DNA from: Candidatus Aenigmatarchaeota archaeon
GTDB taxonomy: Archaea; Aenigmatarchaeota; Aenigmatarchaeia; QMZP01; QMZT01
Reading direction: 5' to 3'
DNA length: 64,000 nucleotides
Assembly: GCA_026397315.1 (NCBI GenBank)
Contig: JAPLVC010000004.1
Span: forward strand, 79,666 to 143,665
In this document: piece after piece, positions 39,292-49,829 of the stretch
Layout: each line of letters begins with the position of its first letter
How positions within the stretch are numbered: position 1 is the first letter of the stretch
Made by a program: the position numbers and the translations under genes
Notes under the pieces: model-generated
Databases searched by the model: none
The model's input: only the letters and a program-made list of their open reading frames with translations
What the model was told of the DNA's origin: nothing

Positions 39292-41343
39292 ATGAAAACA
39301 GATAAGATTTTAGCTATATTCGTTTTGTTAAGCGTTTTCGCCGCAATCGCGCCGTTCGCGAGCGCCTATTCAAACATAGGTTTAGCGCTGGCGAAGGACA
39401 AGGTATCCGGCTGTCCCGGGTATGCGATACCCGTGGAGCTGACAGTATCGAACAATGATGTTGCGACTCACACATACGCTTTATCGCTGGAGCTGCCCGC
39501 TGGATGGACGTCACCGGACAACGGCTTCATACAGCCGGACGTCACGCTCGTTTCAGGCGAGGCGAAGAAAATAACGTTCTGGGTCAATCCATCTTACACG
39601 CCGGGCATTTACAGCGTGAAAGTTAAGGCTAAAGCAGGCATCGACGAGGCCTACAAAATGCTTGAGGTCGAAGTCTTAAGATGCCACGAAATCGCGTTAC
39701 AGACGCCTGAAACAGTGGACGTGTGTATGGATGTGGGTTTCCAGTATTCTTTCACCGTGGCCAACAACGGCAAGGAGACCGAGGAATTTGAGGTCACTGT
39801 TACTGGTTCATGGTCTATCAAAGAGCTTCACAAGGAAACGCTTTCGCTCGAAGCCGGCAAGAGCAAGAACATCGCTTTCGACGTGACCGCGCCAAAGGAA
39901 AGCGGCAAGCTCACGGTAAAGGCGGTTTCCAAGACTTCTTACGCGAAAGACGAGCGAAACACCCAGGTCAATGTTAACAAGTGCTACGACTTCGACGCGT
40001 CAATGGAACCGAAAGAATCGAACGCTTGCGTCGGTTCTTCAGCGAAATACGTGGTCGCGATAACCAACAAGGGCACGGCCGCGGACGTTTACATGATAAG
40101 TTCGCCGCAGTGGGTCTCGCCATCTCAAACTAACGTCACGATTCTTCCGGGCGAACAGAAGACCATCGAACTGAACGCCTTCCCTGAGAACAAGGGCAAG
40201 ACGAGTTTCGACGTTAAAATAACTTCAAAGGGACAGAATGCGCTTTCCAAAACGCTAAAAGCGTCGATAGAGGGTAAGATATGCAGGAGTGTTGCTGTCA
40301 TTGTTTCTCCTGCCAAGCAGGAAGTGTGCAAAGGCCTTCCGGTGGAGTACAAGGTCACGGTAAAGAACACCGGCATGGCGAAAGACACCTACACGCTCAG
40401 TTCTAATATCGGGACGTTTGAGAGCGACACCGTCGCTGTAGAGCAGGGCGAGATAAAGGAGCTCACGCTCAAGATTGAAACCAAACAATTCGTCGAGAAG
40501 GACGGAGTGAAAGACGTCGTGGTGACAGCCAAGAGCGGGGAAATAAGCGACGAGAACACGGTCCAGCTGGCGCTCAAGAACTGCTACTCGGCGGAATTCG
40601 GCGTCAGCCCGCAGAGCTCTAGCGTATGCGCGGGCGAAGAGGTCGCATACGTCATCGCGCTCAAGAACACGGGCGCGTTCGCGGACAATTACACCATAGG
40701 CATAGAGGACGGCACGCTTGGCTCCGTAAATCTAGCGCCAGGCGAACTGAAGATGTTCTCGACAACTATTAAAATAGGCTTCCCTGAAGGCAGCAACGAG
40801 ATAACGTTCACGCTCGCTTCCGAACACTCGGCAATGAAAGCGACCGCTAACATAACGGTCAAGAAAGAAAGCGAATGTTACAGCCTGCAGTTCACGAGCG
40901 AGGGACCCTCATACACTGTCGACGCGGGCAAGGGCATTGCCATCGCCGTGAAGCTGAAGAACACTGGCGAGAGAAAAGATTCGTACAAAACCGAAGTGAT
41001 AGGCCCTGGATGGATGAGTCTCAACGAAGATTCTTTCGAGCTTGCTCCGGGCGAGGAAGCTTACGCTTACATCTACGCTTCACCCGGCCTGGACGTCAAG
41101 AAAGGCGTATACAACGCGCAACTGAAGGCCACGTCGCTGGTTTCGGGCGAACATGACTTCGACTTCAGGGTCGGTGTAGGCATGGTCCCGCCCGAAGAAG
41201 CGAAGCAGCCGAACGGCATAAGCATACCCACGGGAAACATAATCAACCTGTCCAGCAACACCGGCAAGGTGATGCTGCTGGCTCTGATAGTCTTCCTGAT
41301 AATAATAATACTGGTGGTCAAGTTCGTGCTGTTCGTGAAATAG
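39292..41343 (+). CDS. Surface protein with tandem NEW3/CARDB-like Ig repeats and a C-terminal TM (S-layer-associated type)
   Basis: Six repeats of C...VxNxGxxxDxY...LxxGE; signal peptide; PTG plus TM. Confidence 0.8.
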   Translation: MKTDKILAIFVLLSVFAAIAPFASAYSNIGLALAKDKVSGCPGYAIPVELTVSNNDVATHTYALSLELPAGWTSPDNGFIQPDVTLVSGEAKKITFWVNPSYTPGIYSVKVKAKAGIDEAYKMLEVEVLRCHEIALQTPETVDVCMDVGFQYSFTVANNGKETEEFEVTVTGSWSIKELHKETLSLEAGKSKNIAFDVTAPKESGKLTVKAVSKTSYAKDERNTQVNVNKCYDFDASMEPKESNACVGSSAKYVVAITNKGTAADVYMISSPQWVSPSQTNVTILPGEQKTIELNAFPENKGKTSFDVKITSKGQNALSKTLKASIEGKICRSVAVIVSPAKQEVCKGLPVEYKVTVKNTGMAKDTYTLSSNIGTFESDTVAVEQGEIKELTLKIETKQFVEKDGVKDVVVTAKSGEISDENTVQLALKNCYSAEFGVSPQSSSVCAGEEVAYVIALKNTGAFADNYTIGIEDGTLGSVNLAPGELKMFSTTIKIGFPEGSNEITFTLASEHSAMKATANITVKKESECYSLQFTSEGPSYTVDAGKGIAIAVKLKNTGERKDSYKTEVIGPGWMSLNEDSFELAPGEEAYAYIYASPGLDVKKGVYNAQLKATSLVSGEHDFDFRVGVGMVPPEEAKQPNGISIPTGNIINLSSNTGKVMLLALIVFLIIIILVVKFVLFVK

Positions 41344-41362
41344 AGTGGAATGGAGTCCGACG

Positions 41363-42184
41363 CTAATACATCATGGCTTTTGCCATTCCATAGCACCTTA
41401 CGGCCGAAAGGCTTATCTCGGCCAGCACGCGCCACGGCGCGTTGCTCGTGGCCAAGAATTTCTTGAGCATCTTGCTGTATAACCACGCCTTGGGCTGGCG
41501 GTAGTTTTCTGCCGTGTATTTCATCACATATTCCTGCGACCTGGACAGCCGCTCCCTCGCCCAGTTCAAAACCTCTTCCATGGGCATGTAACGGCCGGTG
41601 AATTCAACGCGTCCGTCACGAATGCATTTGAGCACGCCATCGACACTATCCGCGTTCATCGTGTTGACAGAGCAACCGAGCATGGAAAGCGTATGCGCAT
41701 CCGAACCGGCGACCTTCGGAAGTGGGGAATGCCTGAACATGGAGTATGTGCACAGGTTGCCAATCTTGTCTATGTTGAGCGAGTTGAACATCTCTATTGC
41801 GTCTGCCTTGTCCGCCTGGCTTCGGATGCCCTGGCCGCGGACGTCGAAAGGATGCGCCGCTACCGCGACTCCTCCCTGCTCGCGTATCCTGTCGACCGTT
41901 TCTTCCACGCTAAGGAAATTGGCCACGGGTTCGCTTATGCCCAGGGCTATCACATGACCTGATTGTGTCTGCAGCTCGACGCCTGGAATGAAGATTATGC
42001 CCTGTTTTTTCGCTTCCCTGCGCGCCTCGGGCCACGCCTTGGTCGTGTGGTGGTCCGTTATGGCGACGCCTGACAGCCCTATCCTCTTCGCGTGGGCGAC
42101 TATTGCGGCCGGCGAAGGTATGCCCTCCCATGGTATTTTCGCACCCTTGGAATGATGCGAATGACAATGCAGCTCGAATTTCAT
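41363..42184 (-). CDS. PHP-domain metal-dependent phosphoesterase
   Basis: ELHCHS, AITDHH, PGVE, AAHPF, GSDAH. Confidence 0.9.
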   Translation of the reverse strand: MKFELHCHSHHSKGAKIPWEGIPSPAAIVAHAKRIGLSGVAITDHHTTKAWPEARREAKKQGIIFIPGVELQTQSGHVIALGISEPVANFLSVEETVDRIREQGGVAVAAHPFDVRGQGIRSQADKADAIEMFNSLNIDKIGNLCTYSMFRHSPLPKVAGSDAHTLSMLGCSVNTMNADSVDGVLKCIRDGRVEFTGRYMPMEEVLNWARERLSRSQEYVMKYTAENYRQPKAWLYSKMLKKFLATSNAPWRVLAEISLSAVRCYGMAKAMMY

Positions 42185-42277
42185 GAAAAACACCTGAAAT
42201 GCCCGTTTGTGAATATTTATTAATATCTGACAATAATTCTTATAAATCCGGCAAAACAGCCATAAGTATCTTTAAAG

Positions 42278-43000
42278 GTGACCATTATAATCACAATTCC
42301 AAGGCACATAGGCATAATACCAGACGGCAACAGGAGATTGGCCAGGCGCCTGATGCAGACGCCGTGGAAAGGCCACGCAATGGGCCTAGGCAAGATCAGA
42401 AACGTGGCCAGCTGGTGCAATGAGCTGGGCGTCAAGAACGTGACCATATATCTTCTTTCGCTTGAAAACCTGCAGAAGAGACCCAAGCGCGAGCTGAGCT
42501 ACCTGTTCGGCCTCGCGCGCGGCGAGTTAAAGGAAATCCTTGAAAACGCGAAGCACTCCGTGCATCTTAACAGGACAAGGGTCAGATTTTTCGGCAGGCT
42601 CGAAGTGTTACCAGCGGACCTTCAGCAGGGCATACGCCTGGTCGAAGAAAAGACGAGCCACTATGCTAACGGCTTCCTGAACCTCGCCATCGCTTACGGC
42701 GGCCGCCAGGAGATAACAGAGGCCGTACGAAAGCTCGCTAGGGACGCGCAGAAAGGCAGGATAAAAGTCGGCGACATAAAGGAGAGCACGCTCAGGAACT
42801 ACATGTGGACGGGCGAACTGAGCGACCCGGACATGGTAATCAGGACGGGCGGGGAAAAGCGGCTCTCGAATTTTCTCCCGTTCCAGTCGACTTACTCCGA
42901 GCTGTTTTTCATGGACAAGTTCTGGCCCGAGCTGAGCAAAGACGATATTGCTGCCGCGATAAAGGAATACGGCGAAAGGCAGCGCAGGTTCGGCAAGTGA
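42278..43000 (+). CDS. uppS: cis-polyprenyl diphosphate synthase
   Basis: HIGIIPDGNRR, SLENL, AYGGRQEI, IRTGGEKRLSNFL, RRFGK. Confidence 0.94.
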   Translation: MTIIITIPRHIGIIPDGNRRLARRLMQTPWKGHAMGLGKIRNVASWCNELGVKNVTIYLLSLENLQKRPKRELSYLFGLARGELKEILENAKHSVHLNRTRVRFFGRLEVLPADLQQGIRLVEEKTSHYANGFLNLAIAYGGRQEITEAVRKLARDAQKGRIKVGDIKESTLRNYMWTGELSDPDMVIRTGGEKRLSNFLPFQSTYSELFFMDKFWPELSKDDIAAAIKEYGERQRRFGK

Positions 43001-43057
43001 ACTTTTCTTTAAATTATTTTCTTCCCAATTGATTAACAGTGTTGCTTTGGTGGAAGG

Positions 43058-43675
43058 ATGGCATACTCTTTCAACTTCGATCTCTCGAAATTCTCCCAGA
43101 ACTTCTTCAGGGACCTTGCCAAATTCTCTGAAAGGAACAGGCTCCACAAGAAGCTCGGCAGCAGTTCGAGAAAGCTCATGGAAAAGTTCAAGGTCCACAA
43201 GCTGACGGGCCTGCCCGTGGCCGAGGCTTCAATGATCGTCGAGGACCTGATGGACACATACATACGGAATCTGACACAGAAGGAAATCTTCTCGAAAACG
43301 AAAAAACGCGCCCTGCTCATGCCGCACTGCTCCAGAAAATACATGGACCAGAGATGCAAGGCCAGGTTCAACGCGGCATTGTCTTATTACCAGTGCCGTC
43401 ACTGCTCGCCGGACTGCAGCGTAAACAGAGCGACAGCGCTGGCGCAGAAGAAGGGTTACGACATATTCATCCTGCCCGGAGGCTCGTGCGTGAGGAAGCT
43501 GCTGGCAACGCGCAAGTACGACGGAATCGTCGGAGTCGCCTGCTGCGAGGAGATAAAGCTCGCCGCGAAGCTGTTCGAGCTCAGCAAGATTCCCGCCCAG
43601 GCCGTGCCGCTCATAAAGAACGGCTGCTCTGGCACGAAGTTCAGGATGGAAACGCTCGAAGCCGTGATGGCATGA
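43058..43675 (+). CDS. DUF116-family protein
   Basis: LMPHC...C...CxxCSxxC, ILPGGS, GVAC, PLxKNGC. Confidence 0.8.
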   Translation: MAYSFNFDLSKFSQNFFRDLAKFSERNRLHKKLGSSSRKLMEKFKVHKLTGLPVAEASMIVEDLMDTYIRNLTQKEIFSKTKKRALLMPHCSRKYMDQRCKARFNAALSYYQCRHCSPDCSVNRATALAQKKGYDIFILPGGSCVRKLLATRKYDGIVGVACCEEIKLAAKLFELSKIPAQAVPLIKNGCSGTKFRMETLEAVMA

Positions 43676-43751
43676 GCGACGAAATTTGATTTTTATATCT
43701 TAGCTACAAAAATAAAACATCGTAATGGATTGAGGGTTGAGAGGTTTTCGC

Positions 43752-44471
43752 ATGATAGCAAGACAGACTGCCAAGAAAGTGCGCGTGTGGGACATTGTAA
43801 ACGGCACTTTCGTAAAGAAGGGCGGCTTCGAACCCAGTTTCGTAAAGACGCCGTCCGGCGAAGAGGTCGCTAGGGCCAGGATACTGGCGACTATCGTAGC
43901 GAAGTTCGTGGCTGAGGACGGCAACTATGCAGCTGTCACTCTAGACGACGGCAGCGACACCATACGCGCCAAGACCTTCAAGACGATAAAGCCGCTCGAC
44001 ACGGTAGAGATCGGCGACATAGTCGACATTATAGGCAAGCTGAGGGAATACAACGGGGAAAAGTATATGATGCCAGAAGTCGTCAGCAAGGTGACGGACC
44101 CGAACGTCGAGGTGATGCGCAGGCTCGAAATGGTTTACAAGCAGACGGCCGCGCGCAGGGCGAAGGAATTCGTAGAGAAAAACAAGAGCCGGAATCCCGA
44201 AGAGCTCAGAAAAGAGCTTTCTGAAAAATTCGGCATAGAGAATCCCATAATTGATGCCCTTTTAGGCGACAAAAAAGCCGAAGGCGGCGACAAAGGCTCG
44301 CTGAAGAAGCAGCTGCTCGACGTCATCAACGCTTCAAAAGACGGCATAGTCTATTCCCAGCTCATGAAAAGCGTCAAGGCCAAGGGAGCTGACATCGAGA
44401 GCGCGGTCGACGAGCTCCTTAATGACGGCATGTGCTATGAACCAAGCCCCGGCAGGATAAGAAAAATATAA
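43752..44471 (+). CDS. OB-fold ssDNA-binding protein, RPA32/Rpa2-like, with C-terminal wHTH
   Basis: RARILATIV...TLDDGSDTIR...IIGKLREY; C-terminal LLNDGMCYEPSPG. Confidence 0.8.
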   Translation: MIARQTAKKVRVWDIVNGTFVKKGGFEPSFVKTPSGEEVARARILATIVAKFVAEDGNYAAVTLDDGSDTIRAKTFKTIKPLDTVEIGDIVDIIGKLREYNGEKYMMPEVVSKVTDPNVEVMRRLEMVYKQTAARRAKEFVEKNKSRNPEELRKELSEKFGIENPIIDALLGDKKAEGGDKGSLKKQLLDVINASKDGIVYSQLMKSVKAKGADIESAVDELLNDGMCYEPSPGRIRKI

Positions 44472-44495
44472 TACATTTGTTATTCAAAAACGATT

Positions 44496-44717
44496 TCACA
44501 TCTGCAATTTCTGTATCGCGGTATCAGGTATGTCGATAACTACAGTGGAGCCAATAGCCACTTTACTTATAGCATCATGAAAAACACGATAATTATCGTC
44601 TCCTGGCCGGCTTGTAAACTCTAATGTTCTGTTGCTTGCCGGATCATAGAAATGGGCTATCAGTTCACCATATAGTCTTCCCACAGAAACCCCCGAAAGG
44701 GTAAGTTTTCTTTCCAT
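44496..44717 (-). CDS. Small hypothetical protein
   Basis: MERKLTLSGV..., preceded by a TATA-like TTTAAAA. Confidence 0.5.
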   Translation of the reverse strand: MERKLTLSGVSVGRLYGELIAHFYDPASNRTLEFTSRPGDDNYRVFHDAISKVAIGSTVVIDIPDTAIQKLQM

Positions 44718-44763
44718 GAGAATAACAATGGGAAAAGTTTTAAAAATAATGCCTGAGCCAGAG

Positions 44764-45015
44764 TCACAAAAGGCCGATGTCCAGGGGCGCGAGCCCCATC
44801 TCCTGCAGGTCCTTTTCGTTGATGGAAACCGAAATTTCATTCCCTTCCCACATCATTTTCCCGATGCTCGGCATTTCAGCAAGGTCGTATATTTTCAAAA
44901 AAGTTTCGCCATATTTGGCGATTTTGTCTTTGTATAGCGGCGCTAGCACGGTTATGAGGCGGTTCCTGTGGAAAGCAACTTTCTCAACGCGGACTTCGAC
45001 CATATCCACAATCAT
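44764..45015 (-). CDS. Small hypothetical protein
   Basis: 83-aa ORF with a TATA-like element upstream. Confidence 0.5.
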   Translation of the reverse strand: MIVDMVEVRVEKVAFHRNRLITVLAPLYKDKIAKYGETFLKIYDLAEMPSIGKMMWEGNEISVSINEKDLQEMGLAPLDIGLL

Positions 45016-45064
45016 GGAGTCCCTAGAATAAGACGGGAAGCAGTTTTAAAAAACCGGGTTGTGC

Positions 45065-45688
45065 TTATTTGGCTTTGAGCCTTGACGCGTTCCTAGCAGA
45101 ATCCACGGCTATCTTTATTCTCTGCAGCGCGGTCACGTTAGTAAGAATCGCCAGCGCGACGATTATGTAAGTCAGGTAGGAAAGCCTGAAATGGGCGAGC
45201 AGTATGCCTGCGAAAAGGATTATGAGGCGCTCGCCGCGCTCCAGCAGGCCGCCTGTGATTTCCTTGTCCGTAAGCTCCTTCTCCTTGGCCGCGGCTTTCG
45301 CGTATGTCGTCATCATCGAACCGAGCAGGAACAGGAATATCCACACGGTGATGGGAAGATAGAAGTCCGGCAGCCCCACGAATAGCAGGCCCACCAGTAT
45401 TATTGCTTCGACGTATCTGTCCATTATGGTGTCCAGATATGCGCCCAGTTTGGTGGTCTTGCCCATCACTCTCGCGACGGATCCGTCGATCAGGTCTATG
45501 AACGCGGCGACGACCAGGAAGCCGGCTGCAACAAGAAACTGCTTGTCGAGGATGAAATAAAGTGAAGCCAATGTTGGCAACACAACAAGAAGTGTCCAAT
45601 GGTTGGGAGAAAGGCCGAATTTGGAGAAAACCATGCCTATCTTTATTGACAAATCCGAAAACATCTCGCGCTTCCTGTAAAGGACCAT
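45065..45688 (-). CDS. CDP-alcohol phosphatidyltransferase (probable archaetidylinositol-phosphate synthase)
   Basis: DLIDGSVAR...GAYLDTIMDR; GLLERGER; directly downstream of ino1. Confidence 0.88.
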   Translation of the reverse strand: MVLYRKREMFSDLSIKIGMVFSKFGLSPNHWTLLVVLPTLASLYFILDKQFLVAAGFLVVAAFIDLIDGSVARVMGKTTKLGAYLDTIMDRYVEAIILVGLLFVGLPDFYLPITVWIFLFLLGSMMTTYAKAAAKEKELTDKEITGGLLERGERLIILFAGILLAHFRLSYLTYIIVALAILTNVTALQRIKIAVDSARNASRLKAK

Positions 45689-45736
45689 TTTACCAACCTG
45701 TTATAATCTTATATGAGGTTATTTTTATGCTTCCGC

Positions 45737-46840
45737 TCATCTTTCCCTTTCGCCCTTGATGAATTCCTCGACCATCTGTTTCGCGACGGAATCCGGGTAT
45801 TGCTGCGGCGGATGCTTCATGAAATACGATGATGGTGATATCAGCGCGCCGCCCACTCCGTGGTCTTTCGCCAGCTTTATGCACCTTATCGCATCGATGA
45901 CGATTCCGGCCGAATTGGGCGAATCCTCGACTGAAAGGCGAAGCTCCAGTTCGATGGGAACATCGCCGAACTTCCTGCCTTCCATGCGGATGAAGCAGAC
46001 CTTGTTGTCGTTTTGCCAGGGCACGTAGTCGCTCGGGCCGATGTGTATGTTCTCGTCCTTCATCCTAACGGGCAGCTGTGACTGGACGGCTTCCGTCTTC
46101 GAAATCTTCTTCGACTTGAGCCTTGAGCGCTCGAGCATGTTGAGAAAATCCGTATTGCCTCCGGTGTTGAGCTGGTACGTGCGCTCAAGTTTTACGCCGC
46201 GGTCTGAGAAAAGTTTTGCCAGTACCCTATGAGTGATGGTGGCGCCGACCTGCGATTTTATGTCGTCGCCTATTATCGGCAGGCGGGCGTTTTCGAACTT
46301 CCTGGCCCATTCGTTGTTGGAAGCGATGAATACGGGCATGCAGTTGACTAAGCCGCAGCCGGCTTTGATAGCCGCTTCCGCGTAGTATTTCGTCGCCTCT
46401 TCAGAACCGACGGGCATGTAATTGACCAGAACGTCCGCTTTCGTTTCTTTCAGGACCTTGGCCACGTCGACGGGCGGTTCGTCGGAGACCAAGAAAGTCC
46501 TGTCCTCCGGGTAGTCTTTCATGTGATTCGCCACGCCGTCGAGCGTCGGGCCGCGCATGACTGTCACGCCGATTTTGGGGACGTCCTTGCAGAAAGTCTT
46601 GGTGCAGTTGGGCTTCGCGAATATCGCTTCTCCAAGGTCCTTCCCGACCTTGCGCTTGTCGATGTCGAACGCCGCGACTGGCCTTATGCTGGATATGTTG
46701 TAGCCGCCGAGAATGTTGTGCATGAGCCCCGGCACGAGCTCGTCGTTGGTGCTGACGTTCTTGTAATAGAACAGTCCCTGAACCAGCGACGACGCGCAGT
46801 TGCCCACGCCCGCGATTGCAAGCCTTAATTCCTTCACCAT
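45737..46840 (-). CDS. ino1: myo-inositol-1-phosphate synthase
   Basis: [46 protein letters not shown]. Confidence 0.95.
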   Translation of the reverse strand: MVKELRLAIAGVGNCASSLVQGLFYYKNVSTNDELVPGLMHNILGGYNISSIRPVAAFDIDKRKVGKDLGEAIFAKPNCTKTFCKDVPKIGVTVMRGPTLDGVANHMKDYPEDRTFLVSDEPPVDVAKVLKETKADVLVNYMPVGSEEATKYYAEAAIKAGCGLVNCMPVFIASNNEWARKFENARLPIIGDDIKSQVGATITHRVLAKLFSDRGVKLERTYQLNTGGNTDFLNMLERSRLKSKKISKTEAVQSQLPVRMKDENIHIGPSDYVPWQNDNKVCFIRMEGRKFGDVPIELELRLSVEDSPNSAGIVIDAIRCIKLAKDHGVGGALISPSSYFMKHPPQQYPDSVAKQMVEEFIKGERER

Positions 46841-46880
46841 AAAACCACCACCTGCATGTTATTTTCAAAGAACATCATTA

Positions 46881-46936
46881 TTTTACAGTTATAAAATAAT
46901 TGCAACCGCATATATAAATGTTTTATACCAGTAAAA
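46881..46936. promoter_or_regulatory. Candidate PadR operator pair in the divergent ino1/padR promoter
   Basis: TTTTACAGTTATAAAA (46881-46896) and TTTTATACCAGTAAAA (46921-46936) are inverted copies (14/16) flanking a TATATAAA box. Confidence 0.5.
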
Positions 46937-46948
46937 CAACGTGTTAAC

Positions 46949-47248
46949 ATGCCGTTCGTCAAGCTGGAAAGGAACAACACTTACGACTGCCTGTGGCCAT
47001 ACATACTGAGAATCCTTAGGGAAAAGCCCATGCACGCTTACGTTCTGCGCGCAGAAGTGGAAGCCAAATTCGGCTTCAGGCCGGGCAACGTGACCGCTTA
47101 CCGCGTGCTCTACTCGCTTAAAAAAAGAGGATACGTGGAAAAGACGAAAGACGGCATGAAGCAGGTCTACAACATAACGCCGAAGGGCAAGAAGCTGCTG
47201 AAAGATGCCGCGAGATTCTACCGCGACCGGGCCAGGATGCTGCGATAA
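46949..47248 (+). CDS. PadR-family transcriptional regulator
   Basis: ILRILREKPMHAY...YRVLYSLKKRGYV...YNITPKG. Confidence 0.88.
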   Translation: MPFVKLERNNTYDCLWPYILRILREKPMHAYVLRAEVEAKFGFRPGNVTAYRVLYSLKKRGYVEKTKDGMKQVYNITPKGKKLLKDAARFYRDRARMLR

Positions 47249-47302
47249 TATTTAAATTACTCACAACAACTAAAATGTTATAGGGTGTTATAGGGTGTCT
47301 TC

Positions 47303-48184
47303 ATGGAAAAGGGAACTTTGCGTTTGAAAGTGGGTTTGGCTGAAATGCTCAAGGGCGGCGTCATCATGGACGTCGTGAGCGTCGAACAGGCGAGAATCGC
47401 CGAGAAGGCGGGCGCAGTCGCCGTCATGGTTCTGGAGCGCGTGCCCGCGGACATACGCAAGGCAGGCGGCGTTGCGCGCATGGCAGACCCTAAGCTCATA
47501 AAGGACGTAACGAAAGCAGTGTCGATACCCGTCATGGCGAAGTGCCGCATAGGCCATTTCGCGGAGGCGCAAGTTCTGGAGACGCTGGGAGTCGACTACA
47601 TTGACGAAAGCGAAGTGCTCACCCCAGCCGATGCTGAAGCTCATATCGACAAGTTCAAGTTCAAGACGCCGTTCGTCTGCGGCGCGCGCAACCTCGGCGA
47701 GGCGCTGCGCAGGATAGCAGAAGGAGCCGCTCTTATCCGCACGAAAGGCGAACCGGGAACAGGCAATATCATCGAAGCGGTTCGCCACATGAAACTCATA
47801 AATGCCGAGATAAAGAGACTTGCCAGTCTGAACCATGCCCACCTGCGTGACGAGGCGGCCGCAATGCGCGTGCCTTTCGACCTTGTCAGGATGGTCGCGG
47901 AAAAGAAGAAGCTGGTCGTGCCCAATTTCGCCGCCGGCGGAATCGCTACGCCATCCGATGCGTCGTTAATGATGCAGCTTGGGGCGGAATCGGTGTTTGT
48001 CGGCTCCGGCATATTCAAGTCTTCCGACCCCATGAGGCGGGCGAAGGCGATAGTGGATGCAGTGACTTATTTCGACAAGCCCCACGTCGTAGCGAAGGTT
48101 TCGATGGGCCTTGGCGAAGCGATGGAAGGCATCGAGATGTCCACGATGAAGAAAAGCGACTTCATGCAGGACAGAAGCCAGTAG
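47303..48184 (+). CDS. pdxS: Pyridoxal 5'-phosphate synthase, synthase subunit
   Basis: [37 protein letters not shown]. Confidence 0.97.
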   Translation: MEKGTLRLKVGLAEMLKGGVIMDVVSVEQARIAEKAGAVAVMVLERVPADIRKAGGVARMADPKLIKDVTKAVSIPVMAKCRIGHFAEAQVLETLGVDYIDESEVLTPADAEAHIDKFKFKTPFVCGARNLGEALRRIAEGAALIRTKGEPGTGNIIEAVRHMKLINAEIKRLASLNHAHLRDEAAAMRVPFDLVRMVAEKKKLVVPNFAAGGIATPSDASLMMQLGAESVFVGSGIFKSSDPMRRAKAIVDAVTYFDKPHVVAKVSMGLGEAMEGIEMSTMKKSDFMQDRSQ

Positions 48185-48201
48185 TCGCTAGAGGACGATT
48201 T

Positions 48202-48783
48202 ATGATTATAGGAATACTTGGACTCCAGGGTGATTTCGATGCCCATAAGAAGATGGTGGAGCATCTCGGAGCCAAAACTCTTCTCGTCAAAACCAGCGAG
48301 GATCTCGACGCGGCGGACGGGCTTATCATTCCCGGTGGCGAAAGCACGACCATGACCAGGCTGCTTTTCAGGTATAATCTGGTCGGCGCCATCAAGAGAT
48401 TTCACAGGAAAGGGAAGCCGATTTTCGGCACCTGTGCCGGCATGATAGTCCTTTCCAAAAAAATCCTGAATCACCCGGAGCAGTTCAGGTTCGGCTTCAT
48501 CGACATCGCGGTCGCTAGAAACGCGTATGGCCGCCAGATAGACAGTTTCGAAGAGGATATAGCCATCCCGTCGCTGGGGAAAGAGCCGTTCCGAGCGGTA
48601 TTCATCCGCGCGCCGAAGATAGAAAGCGTGCTCAGCAAGAAAGTCGAATCGCTGGCGAAACGCGGCAAGGAGCACATCATGGCGAGACAGGGCAGCGTGC
48701 TCGTATGCTCGTTCCATCCCGAACTGACGCACGACACCAGGGTACATGAGTATTTCCTGAAGATGGCACAAAATTTCCGATAA
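48202..48783 (+). CDS. pdxT: Pyridoxal 5'-phosphate synthase, glutaminase subunit
   Basis: LQGDF, PGGEST, GTCAG, RNAYGRQ, FIRAP, FHPEL. Confidence 0.97.
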   Translation: MIIGILGLQGDFDAHKKMVEHLGAKTLLVKTSEDLDAADGLIIPGGESTTMTRLLFRYNLVGAIKRFHRKGKPIFGTCAGMIVLSKKILNHPEQFRFGFIDIAVARNAYGRQIDSFEEDIAIPSLGKEPFRAVFIRAPKIESVLSKKVESLAKRGKEHIMARQGSVLVCSFHPELTHDTRVHEYFLKMAQNFR

Positions 48784-48816
48784 TTTTAACAATTTATAAC
48801 AAAATAAGGTTTGTTT

Positions 48817-49170
48817 TTATTCAATAATTTCAATTTTTTCAACATCGATTTGTACAGGACACATTATTATGGCTGGACCTTCATGTTTCTTGCCATATAG
48901 GATAACCCTTTTACCGACATATTCATCAAGATTTTTAGCAGCATACAAGTGTCCCGTATCATTCATATCCCCAAGCAAAGAACAATTGAAAGCCCCATCA
49001 TCGCTTGTAAAACAATAACCGCATCCCCCAAGATTATAGCTTTTAGGCGGATCAACTTCGATAATTCCAACGAATTGTTTTTGTTCATTTTCAGATGTGT
49101 GCTGGTCATAAATGCATCCGCTAATCAAAACCAGACCTAAAATAAGCGATAGTGTTGTTAATTTTTTCAT
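48817..49170 (-). CDS. Hypothetical lipoprotein (AT-rich)
   Basis: MKK...LISGC lipobox-like signal. Confidence 0.7.
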   Translation of the reverse strand: MKKLTTLSLILGLVLISGCIYDQHTSENEQKQFVGIIEVDPPKSYNLGGCGYCFTSDDGAFNCSLLGDMNDTGHLYAAKNLDEYVGKRVILYGKKHEGPAIIMCPVQIDVEKIEIIE

Positions 49171-49195
49171 AGTATCATAACTCTGTATTCTTACC

Positions 49196-49795
49196 TTACA
49201 ATTTCACGTTCTTCCTACAGCTTCTTATGTAAAGCAGCGACGCTGCTATCAGTATAACGCATACCAAAAAGCCTACTATGTGAAGGTACGGCAGTTCCGA
49301 CAGGACGAAAGACGCAGCTTGCGCGTTTTCCGCTGCCCTTTCACCGGCCGTTTTGGCCGCTCCCATGAGCATGCCGCCTGACGCTTCGTCAGACGCCGTG
49401 AACATCTGCGGTGCGGCTGCAAAAGTTCCGAACGATGCCATGAAAGAGTTCCTGAACGCATCAAATGTTAGGGCAATAATACCCAGAACGGAAACTCCCA
49501 GAAGTATCCATACTTTCTTGTCCTCTGGATGAAGGACGGCCTTGCCCTTTTTCGTGAGATCATAATACTTCCACTTGTGGCCGTCGTCCATCTGGACTAT
49601 CAGCTCGACTGCGACCATGTTGTCAAGATGCTCTTTCACCGTCGAGACAGACATGTTGAACTGCCTCGCCAGCTCGCTGAGCGTCTTCCTGCGCTGGTCC
49701 AGCGACTTTAGAATGTCGACGCGCGTTCCGGACGCCAGCGTTTTGAAGACTTGCCTGTCGAGCGTTATTTTCTCGTCCTGCATGAAGTCGGCCAT
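49196..49795 (-). CDS. ArsR-like wHTH regulator with two C-terminal TM segments
   Basis: FKTLASGTRVDILKSL...TVKEHL...KWKYYDLTKKG plus hydrophobic segments. Confidence 0.82.
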   Translation of the reverse strand: MADFMQDEKITLDRQVFKTLASGTRVDILKSLDQRRKTLSELARQFNMSVSTVKEHLDNMVAVELIVQMDDGHKWKYYDLTKKGKAVLHPEDKKVWILLGVSVLGIIALTFDAFRNSFMASFGTFAAAPQMFTASDEASGGMLMGAAKTAGERAAENAQAASFVLSELPYLHIVGFLVCVILIAASLLYIRSCRKNVKL

Positions 49796-49829
49796 GTATT
49801 ATGTTTCTCTGCGATTCTTTAATAGGCTT

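Noticed and set aside
47276-47298. Tandem TGTTATAGGG x2 before pdxS
   Set aside because: Only two units; most simply a short duplication of the ribosome-binding region.
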